In this document: positions 62,113 to 64,000 of the stretch, piece by piece | Layout of the letters: each line of letters starts with the position of its first letter | Numbering within the stretch: the stretch's first letter is position 1 | From: an uncultured Isosphaeraceae bacterium | GTDB taxonomy: Bacteria; Planctomycetota; Planctomycetia; Isosphaerales; Isosphaeraceae | Assembly: GCA_964599655.1 (NCBI GenBank) | Contig: CAZRGV010000002.1 | Span: 44,983 to 108,982 of the forward strand | Length of the DNA: 64,000 nucleotides | Reading direction: 5' to 3' | The notes under the pieces: model-generated | What the model was told of the DNA's origin: nothing | The model's database searches: none | The model's input: the letters and a program-made list of their open reading frames with translations, nothing else | Made by a program: the position numbers and the translations under genes

Positions 62113-63606
62113 TCACTTGGCCGGCGGCGGCAGCTCGGCGACCAGCCGCAGGGAGATCGTCAGCTCGTCGAGCTGGAAGTGAGGCTTGAGGAAGGCCACG
62201 GCCTTGTAACAGCCGGGCTTGCCAGGGATCTCGACCACGTCGACCCGCGCCTCGCTGAGCGGGTACTTGGCCTTGATTTCCTGGGTGGCCTCGGGATCGG
62301 TCGTGATGAACTTCGAGATCCAGCGGTTGAGGAACTTCTCGCATTCATCACGGTTCATGAAGCTGCCAACCTTGTCGCGCATCATGGCCTTGAGATAGTG
62401 GGCGAACCTCGAGGTGGCCATGATGTACTGCAACTGGGTCGACAGCCGGGCATTGGCGTTGGCCGCGTCGGTGTCGTAGAGCTTGGCCTTCTGGGCCGAC
62501 TGGGCGCCAAAGAACGCCGCGTAGTCGGTGTTCTTGCAATGCACCAGGGGGATGAAGCCCAGGTCGGAGAGTTCCTTTTCGCGGCGGTCGGTGATGGCGA
62601 TCTCGGTCGGGCACTTCAGGGCCACGTCTCCCTCGTCGGTCTTGAACGTGTGGGTCGGCAGCCCCTGAACCAGGCCGCCTCCCTCGACCCCTCGGATCGT
62701 CGCGCACCAGTGGTACTTGGCGAACGACTCGGTCAAGCGGGTGCCAAAGGCGTAGGCCGCGTTGCCCCAGAGGTACTTCGAGTGATCGGTGCCGTCGACA
62801 TCCTCCTCGAAGTTGAACGCCTCGACCGGCCTGGTCTCGCTGCCGTATGGCAATCGCATCAGAATATGAGGCAAGCAGAGTCCAACGAAGCGAGAGTCTT
62901 CCGAGTCGCGGAACGACCGCCACTTGGCGTAGTCGGGGGTGTTGAAGATCTTGGCCATGTCGCGAGGGTTGCCCAGCTCGGTGTAGCTGTCCATGTTGAA
63001 CATCTTGGCATCCGCTGCCGCGATGAACGGCGCGTGGGCCGCGGCCGCCACGTTGGAGATCTTCTCGAGCAGGGCGACGTCCTGGGGATGCCGGCCGAAC
63101 TCGTAGTCGCCGATGAGGGCGCCGTACGGCGCGCCGCCGAACGTCCCGAACTCTTCCTCGTAAACCTTCTTGAACAGGGCGCTTTGATCGAACTCGGGGG
63201 CGCGCTCCATATCCTTGAGCAGGTCGCTCTTGGAGGCGTTCATGACTCGGATCTTCAGGAGCTGCCCGGTTTCGCTCTGATGCACGAAGTAGTGCAGGCC
63301 TCGCCAAGAGCCTTCGAGCTTCTGGAAGTCCTCATGGTGCATGATCGCGTTGAGCTGTCGCGACAGCAGGCGGTCGATCTGGCTGATTCGGGCGTTGAGC
63401 ATGGCGACGGTGTCTTTCGACACGGTCATCGTGCCGGCCATGACCTGATCGACGAACTCGCCGATGAGGTCCTTAGCCAGGGCCTTTTGTTCCTCGTCGC
63501 GGGCCAGACGTCCCTCGGCAATGATCTTGTCGAGGAGGCTGCCTTCCTGCTCCTGGGTCTGGGCCTCGGCGGCTCCGGCGGTCTGGGGTTGATCGGCGGT
63601 GCTCAT
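62113..63606 (-). CDS. tssC: Type VI secretion contractile sheath large subunit TssC
   Basis: 497 aa with SWRGLHYFV, PEFDQSALFKKVYEEEFGTFGGAPYGALIGDYEF and CLPHILMRLPYG, classic VipB/TssC blocks. Confidence 0.95.
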   Translation of the reverse strand: MSTADQPQTAGAAEAQTQEQEGSLLDKIIAEGRLARDEEQKALAKDLIGEFVDQVMAGTMTVSKDTVAMLNARISQIDRLLSRQLNAIMHHEDFQKLEGSWRGLHYFVHQSETGQLLKIRVMNASKSDLLKDMERAPEFDQSALFKKVYEEEFGTFGGAPYGALIGDYEFGRHPQDVALLEKISNVAAAAHAPFIAAADAKMFNMDSYTELGNPRDMAKIFNTPDYAKWRSFRDSEDSRFVGLCLPHILMRLPYGSETRPVEAFNFEEDVDGTDHSKYLWGNAAYAFGTRLTESFAKYHWCATIRGVEGGGLVQGLPTHTFKTDEGDVALKCPTEIAITDRREKELSDLGFIPLVHCKNTDYAAFFGAQSAQKAKLYDTDAANANARLSTQLQYIMATSRFAHYLKAMMRDKVGSFMNRDECEKFLNRWISKFITTDPEATQEIKAKYPLSEARVDVVEIPGKPGCYKAVAFLKPHFQLDELTISLRLVAELPPPAK

Positions 63607-63609
63607 GGG

Positions 63610-64000
63610 TCAGGCTTCTCCCTCGGTCTTGGCGCCTCGGCCGGTCTCGTCACTCAGCTTCTTCAACGCGTCGGTGCTGTTGACTACGTCCTGGAGCAAG
63701 GCTTCGAGCGTGTCGTTGCCGTCCATCTTGTCGCGAAGGTTGACCAGCCGGTTGCGGGCCTCGAGCAGCTTCCGGAGCGGCTCGACCTGTCGAACGACCT
63801 GCTCGGGTTCGAAGTCGTCCATGCTCTGGAACCGAAGCTCGACGTTCAGCTTCGAACCGTCGTCCTGAAGCGTGTTGTCCACCTGGTAGGCCAGCCTCGG
63901 CTTCATTCCGGCCAGAACCTTGTTGAAGTTGTCGCGATCGATCTCGATGAACTTCCGATCCTTCATCTTCGGCAGCGGTTCGTCGGGCTTGCCCGAGAGG
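63610..64000 (-). CDS. tssB: Type VI secretion contractile sheath small subunit TssB; 5' end beyond the right window edge
   Basis: KDRKFIEIDRDNFNKVLAGMKPRLAYQV is the TssB/VipA core. The frame stays open upstream of the listed Met to the window edge (..LSGKPDEPLPKMKDRKF), so the listed 118-aa ORF is an internal-Met truncation. Confidence 0.85.
   Translation of the reverse strand, partial: LSGKPDEPLPKMKDRKFIEIDRDNFNKVLAGMKPRLAYQVDNTLQDDGSKLNVELRFQSMDDFEPEQVVRQVEPLRKLLEARNRLVNLRDKMDGNDTLEALLQDVVNSTDALKKLSDETGRGAKTEGEA

Noticed and set aside
1-64000. tRNA, rRNA, transposase, integrase, toxin-antitoxin or known phage-defence genes
   Set aside because: Nothing with the corresponding signatures was seen in any intergenic region or ORF translation. 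This was a visual scan without covariance models, so small RNAs cannot be excluded.

Overview
High-GC bacterial chromosome segment. Its gene content suggests Planctomycetota: a 5'-truncated DUF1559/H-X9-DG prepilin-type remnant, an ECF sigma factor translationally coupled to a WD40 Ser/Thr kinase, secreted proteins with an N-terminal LE[ED]RxLLS motif, and an exosortase. That assignment is inference, not a database hit. There are four blocks. (1) 1-34.5 kb is an almost uninterrupted minus-strand glycan/envelope array. In transcription order it holds a NusG-paralog, a TM-anchored EEP enzyme, a GlmU-like LbH protein, a priming sugar transferase, a 2234-aa giant surface protein, exosortase, a Wzc-like tyrosine autokinase, EpsI and a Wzy_C/O-antigen-ligase-like protein. 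These are followed by Wzm/Wzt, a CDP-sugar branch (rfbF, dehydratase, C-methyltransferase, epimerase), GT2/GT4 transferases, LbH acyltransferases, and FkbH-ACP-VOC. (2) 34.9-42.8 kb carries plus-strand rfbB-rfbA, a decayed spacer with gene remnants and repeats, a histidine phosphatase, and the ADP-heptose genes gmhA-hldD-hldE. (3) 42.9-52.8 kb carries an ECF sigma/WD40 kinase pair divergent from secreted proteins (FG-GAP, beta-helix, two small paralogous beta proteins). (4) 53.4-64.0 kb is a type VI secretion locus: vgrG-orf224-PAAR-orf382 convergent with tssB-tssC-hcp-tssE-tssF-tssG. I recognised no rRNA, tRNA, CRISPR array or transposase. Two genes run off the window edges and are missing from the ORF track (GT4 at 1-792, tssB at 63610-64000). 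Many long ORFs antisense to real genes are GC-driven artefacts, and many ORF-track entries carry spurious N-terminal extensions, so starts were reset where an internal ATG fits the neighbours. The best candidates for something new are: the two unassigned genes in the vgrG/PAAR cargo operon (especially the 382-aa TM plus beta-rich protein); the giant modular protein next to an exosortase but lacking any PEP-CTERM signal; the FkbH-ACP-VOC module inside a glycan locus; a shared N-terminal LE[ED]RxLLS motif; and punctate AT-rich rare-codon islands inside GC-rich genes.
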